Shown here piece after piece: positions 23,643-36,928 of a stretch of 64,000 nt of DNA (positions within the stretch are counted from its first letter, which is position 1; every line of letters starts with the position of its first letter). Both the position numbers and the translations under genes were made by a program. This DNA is from Vermamoeba vermiformis (Eukaryota): contig JBEWZL010000220.1 in assembly GCA_045837725.1 (NCBI GenBank), forward strand, positions 124,001 to 188,000, written 5' to 3'. The notes beneath the pieces are model-generated. The model had not been told where the DNA came from, made no database searches, and saw only the letters and a list, made by a program, of their open reading frames with translations.

Positions 23643-26600
23643 CTACGTCACCTTGGAGTTCTTGGGCTGCTCTACAATTGCAGTATCTTCTCTGTCTTCT
23701 TGATTTAAGGACTGGATCAGACTGTTCAACTGCAGCGTGACTGAATTGTAGGCGAATGAAAAGGCTCGTCGGACCTGTTATTACACGATTAGTATTCAAT
23801 ATGATATGTTAATTCTATGCTTACCTTCCACATCTCGAAAGAATTGAAGCCGATATTGTTTTGCGGATTGAACGGATCGAGAATAATCAATGGTGCTGAA
23901 ACCATCGGTTGACAATGCTCGATTGGAATATGACCGCTGCAAAGGCTATTAATTCAACTATGCAATTATAGCAGGTGGTACTTACCCTCCAATAGCAATT
24001 GAAATGGCTAACTTCTCGTACTCGAATTTGAGGCCGTAGAGCTCCAAGAAGTCCAACAACAACGCGCCAAGATTCTTCGACGAGCCGTCAGCAGCCGCAG
24101 GAGCACGACCTCCGTACAGTTGTAAGAACGACACGATCATCAGCACCAGACAGTACGAGCTCAATCCACCCGTGTAACTGTTGTTGAGCTTGCGCAGGTG
24201 CAAGAACTGGACACAATATGATTAGCTTCTAAAAAGAGTAATGCGAATGGACGTACCTGTTTGAGCACGAGGGCGAGAGGCTTCAACTCTTTGTACATGC
24301 CGCAATAATACTTCAACAACTCTCGTGCCTCTGCACCGCTGTGATTGGTCACATTCGCGTGGAACGAAATATCAACGTGTATGCTGTGGTCAGCTGTGTG
24401 GAACTTGATCACGGGCACACTCGCAGTCTCGATGCACTGCAAGGTGTCTGTCTTGACCCAGTCTTGTCCTCGCAACATACTTGCTACCAACTTCAACGGA
24501 TCTGACAATGGTGACGAACCTGCCGCGTCAGGTGACCGCGCCAAGTTATCGTGCGCATCGCTGATGATCTCAGCTGTGATGCCGTGCACGACCAGGTCTA
24601 GATCAGAAGATGGAATTGAAAGGCCTGTGGATAGTGACCCGAATACCTCGACCTTAACATCGGGCCATCGTCCGTTGATCAAAGAAGTCACACGATCAAC
24701 AGTGCTTTGATAGTGAATGGCCTTGGCAGCTACCATCTCGTCTACCAATGTCTGGAAGCGAATGATCTGGTCGTGCATGGCACTCACTTGTTGATTGTCC
24801 TTGTCCGATAACCCGTACAGTTTGTTGACAGCTGCAGGATAGAACGGAGCCCAAGGCTGAGGCCACAGTGGTGTTTGTTGCTGATAAATGTGCATCTGAT
24901 ACTGTTCGGGCAAGTAATAGTACGGGCCTTGTCCTGACGGATAGTATCCCGAAGGGTCCATCGTCATAACGTACGATCCTCCTGTCGGTGAGCTGCTCAT
25001 AGAGGTCTTTTCACTGCTCTTGTTTGTGTTGGTCTTTGGTGGCGAGCCTGTTGTTGCTATGACTTTGAATGCATAGGGCGGGGATTGTGCTTGCGCAAAG
25101 ATTGGCGCGGGTCTGAAGAACAACCCGGGGGTCGTATTATTGTTCAGCGAACTCGATTGGAAGGGATAGTTGTAGTTGCTAGGGAAGTCAATCAAGTGGT
25201 AAGGGTGGTGCTGTGGCGGTGAGGGTGGTCGTTTGGGCTGATTGTAGTTCGAAGGAGAAGTCTGCCGCCGCTTGATCGACTTCTTCTCTCGCTTCTGTTT
25301 CCTCTCTACTTCTTGTTGCACCGCTATCAACTTCTCCTCCAGCTGTTGAAGCTTTTGCGTGCTGCCAAGAGGAGGGTACTGAACCTCGTACTTTTGTTCC
25401 TCTTGCTGAGTTTGTTTTGACGCGCCACTTTGCGGCTTCTTCGGCTGCTCAATGTTCATGGCTGTGCTGCGCGTGAAGTTTCCAGAAAGTCTAGCTGACT
25501 TGTTATTGGACGCTCGTGGTACAGTATAATCTGCTTCCAACTCTTTAGACTTTGTGGCACTAATCTCGACGGACTGCCGCGGACTGTGATTGGCTGAGGC
25601 AAAAGAAGTTGATTCGCCGAACTTCACTGACCGAACAACAGCTCTGTCCAAGTGAGGATCTGACCGCGAGCGATTGACTGTGTCTTTTTCTCGGCCCTCT
25701 TTATCCTTCTCCTTTGGACTACTCGCGCTACTTTGGTTGTGACTCACAGTACCGCTCGAAGCCACTGACTTGATGAGCTTGCCAATGTCCTTCCAAATAT
25801 TAGTGTCTTTCTCTTTCTCTTTTGGCGCGTTATTGTTGTTGACAGTAATAGTTGTGTTACTGTTATTGCCCACAGAAGTGACGGTTGGGACTGGTTGCTT
25901 GACCTCTTGATGCTTGCTTGCAGCCTTCTTCGAGATGCGAATTGAGGGCGGTGCTTCTTTGGCTTTACTCTTAGGATCAGGTGCCATTTTCTTTGAGGAC
26001 TTGCTCGTCTCGGGAGCTTCTTTTGATTTGGTCTTGTGGCCCACAAACCTAACACTGCGATCGGGCTTGGTGGAGACGTCAATCCAATCGTCATATTGAT
26101 CGATCTTATTCTCTTGAATGGACGACGTTGAAGACGAAAGCTGCCGTCGCACTTCAGGCTTCTTTTTGTTTTTCCTCTTCTCAAGTATTGTTGCATCAAC
26201 TTTATCGAGCACTTCGTTGAGAATCGTGCCAACAAACTTTGTTACTTCTTCCTGCTTCTTTTTCTTTTCTTGTTCTAGCCGCTGCTTTTCCTTCTCGCGC
26301 AACTCTTGTTCTTTTTGTTCTTTTTGCTCTTTGCCTCGCTTTTGTTGCTTTTTCTTTTGTTTCTTCTTTTTCTCTTTTTTCTCCGCCTTCCTCGCGTTTT
26401 CTTCTTGTTCGCCGAGCAACAGATCTTTTGACAGCTTGTCTGCATATTCACGTTGTACGAGCACACCCATACGTCGCACAACGAAATCTAAACGCGTGTC
26501 TGCACGATTCAGCGGTGAAAAGTAAAGGAAATCGATGAAGGACCCCTCTGCATTGCTTTCCTGACTCTTCGCTGAAATTTCGAACAAAAAAGATAGCAGC

Positions 26601-28984
26601 TATAATTCACATTAGGATGTGTTTCAATACGATTGATAACAAAGACTTACTTGAGGATAGCTAAAACAGTCTTCGTCCTCTTTTACAACTTCTTTGATAA
26701 TGTTTCCAATAGTGCCAATCAGCTTCTTCTTTTCAGACAACGGCAACTGACGCCAAAATGTCCTCAAATGGTCTTTAGAAGCGAGTGACTGGTAATGCAC
26801 CGTCGGTGACTTGACATTGTACTTCTTATCCGTGTTCGGATTTTTTCGCGGATCTAACCCAGAATGGGCCCAGTACCGTGACCATAGAACCATTTCTACT
26901 TTGTGGGCTATATATGTCGCAAGACTAAACATAATTTTAAAATTAAATCAATTGAATTATGAAATTTCCAAATAAGGAAATGACAACCCAAACTGTTCGA
27001 GCAATCATCTTTAAAATGCAAATGTCACTTACGTATAGAACCCCATGCTTTCGAACCATTTGGGGATTTCCCAACTCCATGATTTCTTTTCCTGATCCCA
27101 GTAAACTCGACAAGGCTCTTTGATGAAATTTCCACGACTGCTTATCCTCTGTGTAAATACGTTAGTTCAGATATTTCTTCTTAGATGAATAGTATATAAC
27201 TCGTATGACTCATACCATTATCCGAAAAAACTGCGCAGGGTCGCGTAGGAATGACAATGAAAATGTCACGGTGTCCAAATACTCGACAGTATCACACAGT
27301 CTGACAGCATCTTCGAGCATTTGGTCAGCATCAATGCAAGTCAGAAAGCTGCCTTCCCAATAGTGCGACTTCTTTCTGAAACAAAAGTTGTCTTCTTGGG
27401 GAGACTTCCTTCGACCAAGATCACCAACAAAATAATCGTCGTAGTACGTGATATCTAACATATTTCAAATGATGTCAGTACTTGCTATATCAAGAACAAC
27501 AATGAATTGAAGAATCAATTTATACCTGACGGGACGCCCAATTTGTTTCCAGCAGTGTTTGCACGCTTAGAGTTCGTGTTGTTACTGTTCACGCTGTTCA
27601 TGTTGGAATTTCCGCCACTTAATTTGCGTGGCCGAATCGCGTTCTTTTTCGTGTAAGGCGTGCCTCCACTATTCGTCCGAGACCGATTATTGTTATTATT
27701 GGTAGATTTGTTATCTGAATAAGAAATTAGCTCGTGTCACAACAGCATATAAAATGATGTTAGAAGTACCTATGAACGATAAAATTTCATCACCCGAGCC
27801 GACTTCAAAGAACAATCCATCACCTTCTTTGCTCTTCTTGCCGTACATGTTCAACAACAGCTTCGCGAACTCTTTGTCGACAATAGACACGGCACTACAC
27901 CGTTCCTCTTCGGCCAGGGACGCGAACCATTTGCGCAGGTTCATTGTGTGCGTGGCATTTGTCGTGTGCGAGTTGAATATGAGCGATCGCTTGGCTGTAG
28001 TTGGTGATGTTGGAGCTGACTTGGCAAGCGTAACTTCGATCGAAGGCGATGATAAATCAGCTGTGGGCGTCACTAACAACGAGACAGAATTGGTCCTCTT
28101 ATTCGTCTTTTTGTTGGTGTTGTTGCCGCTGGTAATGTCATTCGTATTGTTAAAATATTCGTTTAGCGTATTCGTGGAAATGGTCGGCTCGCTAGTCGCC
28201 GAACTCGTTTCATAATCCGTGTCAGATTGGTTGCTGCTAATGTTACTGCCACTATTATTCTTCGAACTATTGATAATGCTGCTCAAATTGTGCTCGCTGT
28301 TACTTTTCTTTTTCTTTCTTCGCCTTCGCTTTTGAGTGGGCGAGCTGACCGTAGAACTATATTCTGGTTTTGGCGTATTCACGTGACTGTCGTCTTTGCT
28401 CGTCCACTCGCTATGAACAGAAAATCTTATCAGAATCACCAACTCGAGATTTTAATTAAAATTTCTGAATTATTTCTTCGGTCATTTAAATTAGGGCATT
28501 TTAAATATAAATGATATTATTTAGTCTTCATATCTCGTATAAATTAACGTCAAATCACCGAAGACACATCCGGAATAAAAATAAATATAATTGTAGTAAG
28601 TCAAATGACGTATTGTATTTCCAATTAATCGTTATTGAAAGGATTTCAATAATATTGAAAATTGATTGCATTTTAGGTCAGTTATTTTTAGCGCAATTAA
28701 ACTTGAATTAACTAGATAGCGTAAACGTAAAATAACAGCAATCCAAGTTTCTCAAATTTATTTGAGCCAGAAATTAATGATTATTGAAAAGTAAATTAGC
28801 AAATGGTCAGATTTCAGGTTAAAAATTATTACTGAATAAAGAATCAATATAGGAGTATAAATCGATTAAAATATTATATTAATCATTTAGGAATATTTAT
28901 CAGCAATTAATTCGATTCCTGGATGCACATCGGTGATCTTTCTACTTTTTAGGTTATAGTTTTGATTCCTTACCTGCTCCCCAT
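23643..28984 (-). CDS. Non-canonical poly(A) polymerase / terminal nucleotidyltransferase (Trf4/TENT4-like) with very long N-terminal region
   Basis: VFGSLSTGLSIPSSDLDLVV, ASVPVIKF, VDISF, LKPLALVLKQ, YTGGLSSYCLVLMIVSFL, NLGALLLDFLELYG and IILDPFNPQNNIG. Upstream exons link in frame from MGS|SEWTSKDD. Confidence 0.88.
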
Positions 28985-29455
28985 AGAGCGAGGGGAAATT
29001 GCGTCTAATGAGCGTGGGCTATCCAGCTTGAATTAATTACTGAATTTCAATTCGGTTTTGAAAGGTTGAAAACAAATCTCCATCTACAACAGATTGAAAT
29101 ACAAGCTTATTGCTATGAATGGGGAGATATTGATATAATTGAGCGATCTCCAACTTGATAACTACACTCCTTCGATACGATCTGTTGTGGATGTCTTTTG
29201 TGGTCCGAAATGGTAAAAAAGCCCGAAAATCACAATGCAAAGAACGTGTTGCCGACTCAAAGGGAGATACCAATCTTTGTTCGAACGAAAGCAGTATATT
29301 TAACAAAAGCACTATCCTTACTAAGAGTAAAAACCTCTTGGTCGCGATCTCTACAATTTTACAGGCCGCTCAAATTGCAAAACTCCATTCCACATTATCT
29401 AATTAGATTTATTATTTACAAATTTATTAAATAAAATTTCCACCGAGGTGTAGTA

Positions 29456-30763
29456 TTATTGCAGCTCCATTTTTTCGGCTAGGCCGCTATCACTCTTGTT
29501 CTCATCTTCTTTGTCATTGTCTTCCTTATTTACAGGCACGCTATCTGATACTAACATAATAGTATCGTCCGAATCGTTTCCGTCGCCGATGCCAAGCGAA
29601 TCCAATTTGAGTGGACTTGAAGGCGTTACTAGTAAAATCGATCCGCTTTCTTTGTCTTCTTTTTTCTCGTCTACATTATTGTTGGTGTTATTGCTGCTAT
29701 TAATTGTATTTTCTTCTATATTCTCCGGTTTGATACTCGTTGGTGCATTAGATCCAACAAGTTGTACTGGATCCGGTTTGACCTGAATACCAGCTCCAAC
29801 TTTGTTATCAACAGGTGCACTAACCTTCTTGTCTTCTACAGGTTTCTTTGTTTCATTACTATTCGAGTTGGTATTGGTGTTAGGTGTCGGAGTTGTACTG
29901 CGCTCAGCTGATGTTTTGAGTTTTGATGGACTAGGACTACGACTAGGGTTATTATTGTTATTACTGCTCGTACTCGACACTTCATTCGTTCCTTTCTCAT
30001 CTTTGATATTCAATGATAACGCGTCGCCTGAAGTAAAGAAGTCAGTTAAAGGCCCGAGTCGATATTTTTGCTAGAGCTCGAGCTCCGTCGAATAAGCATG
30101 TATTTCACTTATAATGTCCATTTGTATTGATATTTTATGATTTATTGCAATTCTTATTCTTTAAACGAAAGAGATTTATCCGTTATGAAAATCTTTAATT
30201 ACTAGAAAAATCTATTACGCGGCGATTATTTACCTTTATTGCTCTTTGATAATTTTTCTACCATTAGATACTTCTCAGCTACATAGGTTTTGACGTCTTT
30301 CCAAATTTTATCGTACTTGCTGGCAATTTCAGTGTCCAGCCTATTAAAAAAAATCCCAAAATTAAAATTAATTATTACGTGATTGTAATATGCGGTTTAA
30401 CATCTTGTTCATCATAAAATGGAAATATCTTGATTGATCCAAACGAGTAAAATTTAATAAGGGAAGGACGTACTCTGTAACTTCTTTTAAAGGCTTTCCA
30501 CTATTTTTTGCGTTAGATGTAGGTGTTCCAGGCCTTTGGATAGGCGGTTTCTTGTCTCCTTGTGTTGGGGTTGGATTTGCATCTGCGCCGATATTTTAGA
30601 CAAAGGTCTGTTCAATAATACAATTATTTCTCTTACTGCTATTAATTAATACTGTCAATCCGTTGTTTAATTTCTGCTTTTTGTTGCTTTCTTCCGGGTT
30701 GTCGTCAGATTGCCGTTTGTTAGGACTTGTCTGCGCTGCGGGTGTAGACTCCCCAGACGACAT
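29456..30763 (-). CDS. Hypothetical low-complexity/coiled-coil protein, four exons
   Basis: Spliced frame MSSGESTPAAQ...RNRLSKGLEHLHLTQKIVESLLKEVTE|LDTEIASKYDKIWKDVK...|GDALSLNIKDE...MELQ*, with canonical splice sites. Confidence 0.65.
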
Positions 30764-30966
30764 CGTGCTGGCAATATATATTTACCTATAGCACATATTA
30801 TGAAAATACTCGTTGTAGTATTCTACCGAGCAAAACTAAATGACAAAACTTTTCCCGCAAAGCTCAACATGTTGTTCCACGCGTCAAAACATTTATTGAA
30901 GGGTTAATTAGAATTCTGGTTACAAGCTGAATATTGCCATCATGTTTATTGGTTTTATCTACATTT

Positions 30967-33534
30967 TTAGGCATTATCTGCTTTAAACCTTTTGGCTGGA
31001 TGCTCCTCGTCACCTTGCTAATCGATTGAAATATTAAACATAAATTCGAAGAAATATTAATATAGCAGTACTTACGCCCTCTGGAAACTCTCGTTTCTTG
31101 CCAACTTCGGTGGGTAATGGTACTTGATCGGATTCGTCTTCCTCAGCATGACACTGAGTGTGGTAAATGAAGCCATCCGACGCAATGACGGCGTTCTTGT
31201 ACATCCAGTCTTCTTGGTCCGCGTCCCAGAATAGCTCAAACTTTTCGTTGCAAGCGACACAGTTCGGTTGTGACTCATCCGCGCGCACTGAAGGAACTTT
31301 CTTCTCTTCTTCAGACTTCTCCTCAGCTTCCAGATGACCAAATGGTGTAACTATGATAATATCGTTAATAACGTACGCTCAAGCTGCGAAAGGAATAACA
31401 ATAGCTGACCTGCTTGAGTTGGTGCTTCGGCTTCCTTGGCGTCGATCCAAGCGTTTACAGGCTGGAACCAAGCACGAGAGATAGGCTTCTTGGACTTCTG
31501 CTTCTCTCGTCTGTTCTTTCTGAAATGCCAATCCAAGTGTGAGTCCATTTCCTTTTGTTCCTTGAATCGCAAGCCACATTGACTGCACTGCAAGGGAATA
31601 TCAAAATAGATCGCGTTGATAATCCACTCGTAGCGCCTAAGAAAGTTACAATTAGATTCGCTCGTGCAAAGAGCAATATCAAGCAATACTTACTTTCGCA
31701 ATGACTCTGGGTTCTTAAAGCTCGGGCGATCTCGTTCGCTGGCGGCCTTCTTCGGTGGTGCAGAACTCTCGTTGCCCTTGTTCGGCTTGATGAGACCGTA
31801 GTTCATAAGATCGTGAGCAAGTGACTGGCTAACAACGGGTCGCGTTGGAGCCACGGGTTGAACGGGCTTGGTGATCGGTTGAGCGGGCAGTGCGCCGGTT
31901 GTCAACGCACCGGACAGCAAGGCCAAAGCAGCAGGATCGAGGCTTGGAGTGGACTGAACTGTGGTAGGAGGCACTACGCTAGGAATAGTTGGGGCAGCCT
32001 GCAAAGTGGTGCGCAAGTCGTAGAGTTGTTGCAACTGCTGAAGTGTCTGCAAGATGACGGGTGACTGAGCTGGATTAATTTGTAATTGTTGTGCCACTAT
32101 CGTTTGCAATGTTGCCACAACGTGCTGTCGTTGCATCTCTGGTGTGCCGGGTGGTATCACAGCTGTAACTTCAGCGACTGGTTTGAGTGTAGGGTTCACT
32201 TGGCTCATCATTTGGTAGACTTGCAATAAGAGCACTAACTCTGCGTTATTCAAATCGTTTACGGTTGGTACTGATGACGGCTGACCCAATAACTTGACAG
32301 ATAAATAAAAAGGTTACTAAGTGATCAGTATAAGTGGGTTGAATAAACGGTTAGTTAGCGGAGGTTAGTTTGATTAGTAAATTATCATCTTATAACCGGC
32401 TTATTCATAGTGATATGAATGGTTGTTAAGCCGATATAGAATTAACCTAAATAATAAATTAATCTTTATTTTTTGAGATCTCGCGTTAAAGCATCGCCCA
32501 AAAGTACTTTGGTGGCACTTTGCAACGGTGATCATCTCCATTATGATTGCCCTTATCAGTGCAATGCACGCGAGTACGTTACTGAGCTGCACTTGTCTTT
32601 ATTGTCCTCCTTTTTTGTCTTTTGTACAGAGTGCTCATTCTTGCTCATCACGCGCGCAAAAAAAAAGTATAGAATCATTTTAATTACTTACTCCTTGTAA
32701 GGCGAGAGCCAAGTTCGGTGGTGTCAGTGCTGCACTAGCGACTTGTGTATTCGGCGTGGCTCCTAGCCATTGAGGTGCTGCATCCTGGATTGAAAAAGGT
32801 GCGTTAGAGAGCTCAGTGATGGCATGCAGCAAATCGCTCCGCACACATACCATTGGTTTATTTACATTAGCGGGGATTGGTGCAGGGGCTGGTCGTCCTG
32901 GTCCTTTGTTGGAAGGTAGAGGGACCTGGCCACCAGATTTGACCGTTGCAGGCGCGGGTGTTGCGGCGTTCTTTTGTTGAATAGCTTGCACCCTTATATC
33001 AATCTTTTGTAGCAACTGCGTAGTAAATAGCTTAGAGTCTCGCCAGGTCTGCAGCAGATGCAACAAGGCACGCTGCATCTGCGCATCGGCTCGCGCGAAG
33101 ACAGCAGTGAAAGTGTTGAATAAGTTCTTAGCAAAAAGATTTATGTACACGCCTCGAACGTTCTTCATAATAGAATCCATCAAATAAATAACTGGAAGCT
33201 TTGTTTCAAGAGGATTCTATAAATTGAAAAATTAAAATATGTAATCTAAAAAATAGCCACCTTGAAAATAATAACATCTTTATACGGAGCTCGCTGATTA
33301 TGGTCAAATATCGACAAAAACAAAATCCAAGAAAAAGTTGAAAAATTAAATTGGTCATTCAATTAAACCGTGAACAATACTTACATTTTTAATTCTATTT
33401 TCTACTACAGTGACTATGTCATTAGCATTTTTAATATTTTCTTTCGCAATCAGCGTCAAAGTATTTATGATCGGATGCGAGTTGAAAGTAAGCTCTGCCA
33501 CAGCTGCATCATATTCTTTTGCTATTTCGCTCAT
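30967..33534 (-). CDS. PCF11: Cleavage and polyadenylation factor PCF11
   Basis: N-terminal CID (ELTFNSHPIINTLTLIAKEN; KLPVIYLMDSIMKNV); C-terminal zinc fingers CSQCGLRF...HLDWHFRKN...SRAWF and CVACNEKFELFWD...WMYKNA...HTQC. Confidence 0.93.
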
Positions 33535-33951
33535 GCCTCCAATATTTCCACGGTTCTCCGCAGGTTGCAATACAGTATTGAATATTTGAGGTACTACGTT
33601 TTGTTGGTCATCAGATCGAAACATCTAACAAATACAAAATTAAATAAGTGACTACCTTTGTATCTGATGCACTAAGAACTCGTCGACTGGCCCAACTTTG
33701 TCCGCAAGATTTTGGGCCCAACCGCAGAAATAAAATTTTGTGCGCGCGAAAAAACTGCGGGTGTGTCCTCCAGTAGAGTGGTCCACAACCGCCGATGAGG
33801 TTGGTCAAAATAAGTCGTGTCTCGACCGACACTTAGGCTTTGTACCGTATTCGGAGAACCTATTCAAGGAACTTTCTTAAGAAAAAACCCTTCTTGCTAT
33901 TTTAAGGTTTATTTATATCTTTGTGTAGTCGTTTACCACAAAATAACATTA

Positions 33952-34524
33952 ATGATAAAATATTCCACCGTCATACTACTTGCAATTTCCTGCATCGGAT
34001 TCGCTGCAGCAGACTGGCTTTTTGCACAAGCTTGTACTAGCAGCCATGTGAATCAGCCAGGCTACGCCGAGAACGGAGATTGTGTATTCAAAGATGGTGT
34101 TTGGAATTCTATTTCATGTAAGGGTTCTGAGGCAGTTCTCTTACACTGTACCGATCCTGCGTGCACTAAGTGTAAGGAATATTCAAAAAGAAGACTGAAT
34201 CGATGCGATGAAGGAGTTGATCAATATTATCAATGTTTCACTGAAGAACCTCCATTTGGGAAACTGATGGGCGGACCTTATGCTTACATGGCTGATTTCG
34301 ACTCGAGTTGTACATCCGCAGCAACTTACATCTCTGTGTGGCCGATAGGATGCAGGGCTGATTTGTATAATTTTCAGTCAACCTCAGCACGCTGCGATCA
34401 ACACTACTTCTACCTCACATCTTGGCAAAGAAATAATTGCACGGGAGAATCTTCTACCTTACTCTACACGAGAGCTACATGCACCCCGGACAATCGTTAC
34501 ATAGAATGCATAGGCACTGATTAG
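33952..34524 (+). CDS. Secreted cysteine-rich protein (~190 aa), intronless
   Basis: Signal peptide MIKYSTVILLAISCIGFAAA followed by many spaced Cys residues. Confidence 0.7.
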   Translation: MIKYSTVILLAISCIGFAAADWLFAQACTSSHVNQPGYAENGDCVFKDGVWNSISCKGSEAVLLHCTDPACTKCKEYSKRRLNRCDEGVDQYYQCFTEEPPFGKLMGGPYAYMADFDSSCTSAATYISVWPIGCRADLYNFQSTSARCDQHYFYLTSWQRNNCTGESSTLLYTRATCTPDNRYIECIGTD

Positions 34525-34632
34525 ATTTCGGCCTGTTTTCTCCCAGTTTTTGTCTGAGACAAAATGGTTCGTGTAGTTAAACGAATAAACTTCTTCCATT
34601 CAAGCCCTCAAGGCTTAAATTGCATATATAAC

Positions 34633-36753
34633 ATGACGCAACTGTATAAGACACCTGGTATGTATACGACCCAATGAACGCGAGCGCAAGGTGAGCTAAC
34701 CTTCGTCTGTAGTCGTTTTCCAAGATCTTCGGCCAGCCGAAGCTTACATGCAATTATTTGATGCATTGGATCATGTAAATAAATTGTCTGATGATATATT
34801 TGGCAAGATTAGCGCTAGAGTAAGTCCTCCTAAAAAAATACGAAAATATTTTAATTTAATACTATCCGACCTTGTTTATTGTGAATAACGCGTGATTGTA
34901 ACCTATTGATAGTTATATAAACGGTAAATATTAATTGGGATGATATTAGGTCCAACAAGAAAAAGCTAGACTGGATGCGATCAAGAATCGAATTGACAGC
35001 GCCAAGGTAATTATAAATTAATAATTATCGTGTGCACACGTATTTATACGTTCAAATATTAGGAAAAAGTCAGAAAGATTAGCGGCACAACAAAAGCAAT
35101 TACAATTATATCCCCGAACAAATATACAGCACCAGAACGGTTGCCAGACTTCAAACCATTATTCTGCGATACACCCGCACAACTAGATATCAAGCATTCG
35201 AAGTTTAAGCTCGACCCACAGACAAATCCGTTCGTGAGTAAATTTGCTTCGAATGTTCAGCCAGAAGTGGACTGCTAACCCGTATTTTTGCGAATAAGGC
35301 TCCACCCGAACCAATCTCAAACTCTGGTGGTGAAGTGAACATCGATATTAAGAGCGTTGATCAGCGTATCGAAGCAGCTGCCGTAAGTGCCTCAAAGCAC
35401 GCGACAGATCTAGTCTAAGACTAGCGGTCTAGTTGCCCTCTAAATACGACTAGTCTTATTAACGCGCATATGAAGCACTGTTTAACATATTTGTATGTTA
35501 TAGGAAGGTCTTGGTCGTCTTCCCGAATACTTGCCTTCCATTGCGGATCTGCTTCTATTCAACACCTCCTACAATCCTTACCGCGCCTATGTATCTTTAG
35601 ATAATCTTGAGAAGGGTCAAGGCAAAGAGAAGCAGCGTGAAGAGAAGAAGGAGTCTCTTGCTGCTGCTCCTGTTACAGTGACAGAGGGTGACAAACTGGT
35701 ACGTGTCGATTATAATTTTCTTTATTTAATACCTCAATATGTTATTTCCCGTTTAATTTAACGAGTGAAACCGTCATCTGCATTCAATAGAGTGTTACTT
35801 ACCTAATTACGCAGGTCTTGCCAGGCTCATCCGCCCTCAAGTTTACTCCCGGTCCAACAGAGGTGCCTGAGATGAACTTCCCCACCGACTTGCCTCTTAA
35901 GATGGTTGCTGAAATTGATTATTCACAACTCAACTTACCTCAGTTCGCGTCTATTGCCCCTTCAGATCAAATGATTCCACAGAACTTGCCCACCGTTGAT
36001 GGTGCTGGTACTACTTCTGCCGACTTGCCTAAAGTTGATTCAGCTGCTTCATTCTCTAATCCTGCTATTGCTGCTCCGCCTCCACCTCCTCAACCTGTGG
36101 TAAGTTCACTTAACATGCGCGTTCGAAGTATCAAGCCCGTGCTAACTAGTTACTTTAGGCCGCTGCCGTTCCTGCTGCCTCGGCAGGTCCTGCACCACCA
36201 CCACCTCCACCACCTCCAGTAAGTTCCTTTATTCATTAAAACTACTTGGTTCCGCGACAGCACGTTGTTAATACCGTCTTTAGTCCAATGCCCCTATGCC
36301 TCCTCCACCACCTCCACCAGTCAAAGTTGCTGCTGCCGCTGCAAGCAGCGACGACGAGCCTGCCTCAGCCCCGAGTGGCAAGCTCCAAGTTCCTGGCTGT
36401 AAGTCACATGCGAGTTGATGCACACGTGCTCAGATCTAACATTTTTCATAGTGGACAGCAGAGCGAGCATGTTGGATGATATTCGCTCGGGCAATCACCT
36501 GAAGCGTCTCAAAAAGACTAATGAGCGAGAGTCACCCAAGCCCTCAAAGAAAGTCGAAGCCAAGCGTGGTAAAGAGCCACCAACGATGCAAGGTATTTTT
36601 GGTGATCTGCTCACCGCCTTGAAGCGACGTCGTGAGGGTTTGACGACGGGTAAAGTGAAGGCCTCAAAGCCCGAGAAGGATGATGGCGAGGATGAGATTA
36701 AAGCCCCCAATAACAACGATGCTGCTGACGACAAGGCTTGGGAAGACGAATAA
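34633..36753 (+). CDS. WASHC1: WASH complex subunit 1 (Arp2/3 nucleation-promoting factor)
   Basis: WHD1-like N-terminus (PDLRPAEAYMQLFDALDHVNKLSDDIFGKISAR); EGLGRLPEYLPSIADLLLFNT; polyproline; VCA (RASMLDDIRSG...LKK, DLLTALKRRREG, acidic W end). Confidence 0.93.
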
Positions 36754-36928
36754 AACCGATCTACCCCTGCTCATGTCCTTCTAACCCTGTAAGATAAACG
36801 TATATGTTTACACCCAATTGTCTGGCATTGTGAAATAATAAGGGTCCGTTATTCGGCCGGTCCGTTTTTATTTTTTGGCGGCTGTGCGATCGGAATATTT
36901 TATTGCGATCAGAAGATAATCGAACACA

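Noticed and set aside
23643-33534. Functional cluster of RNA 3'-end genes (TENT and PCF11)
   Set aside because: Separated by an unrelated gene; proximity is plausibly chance without synteny data.
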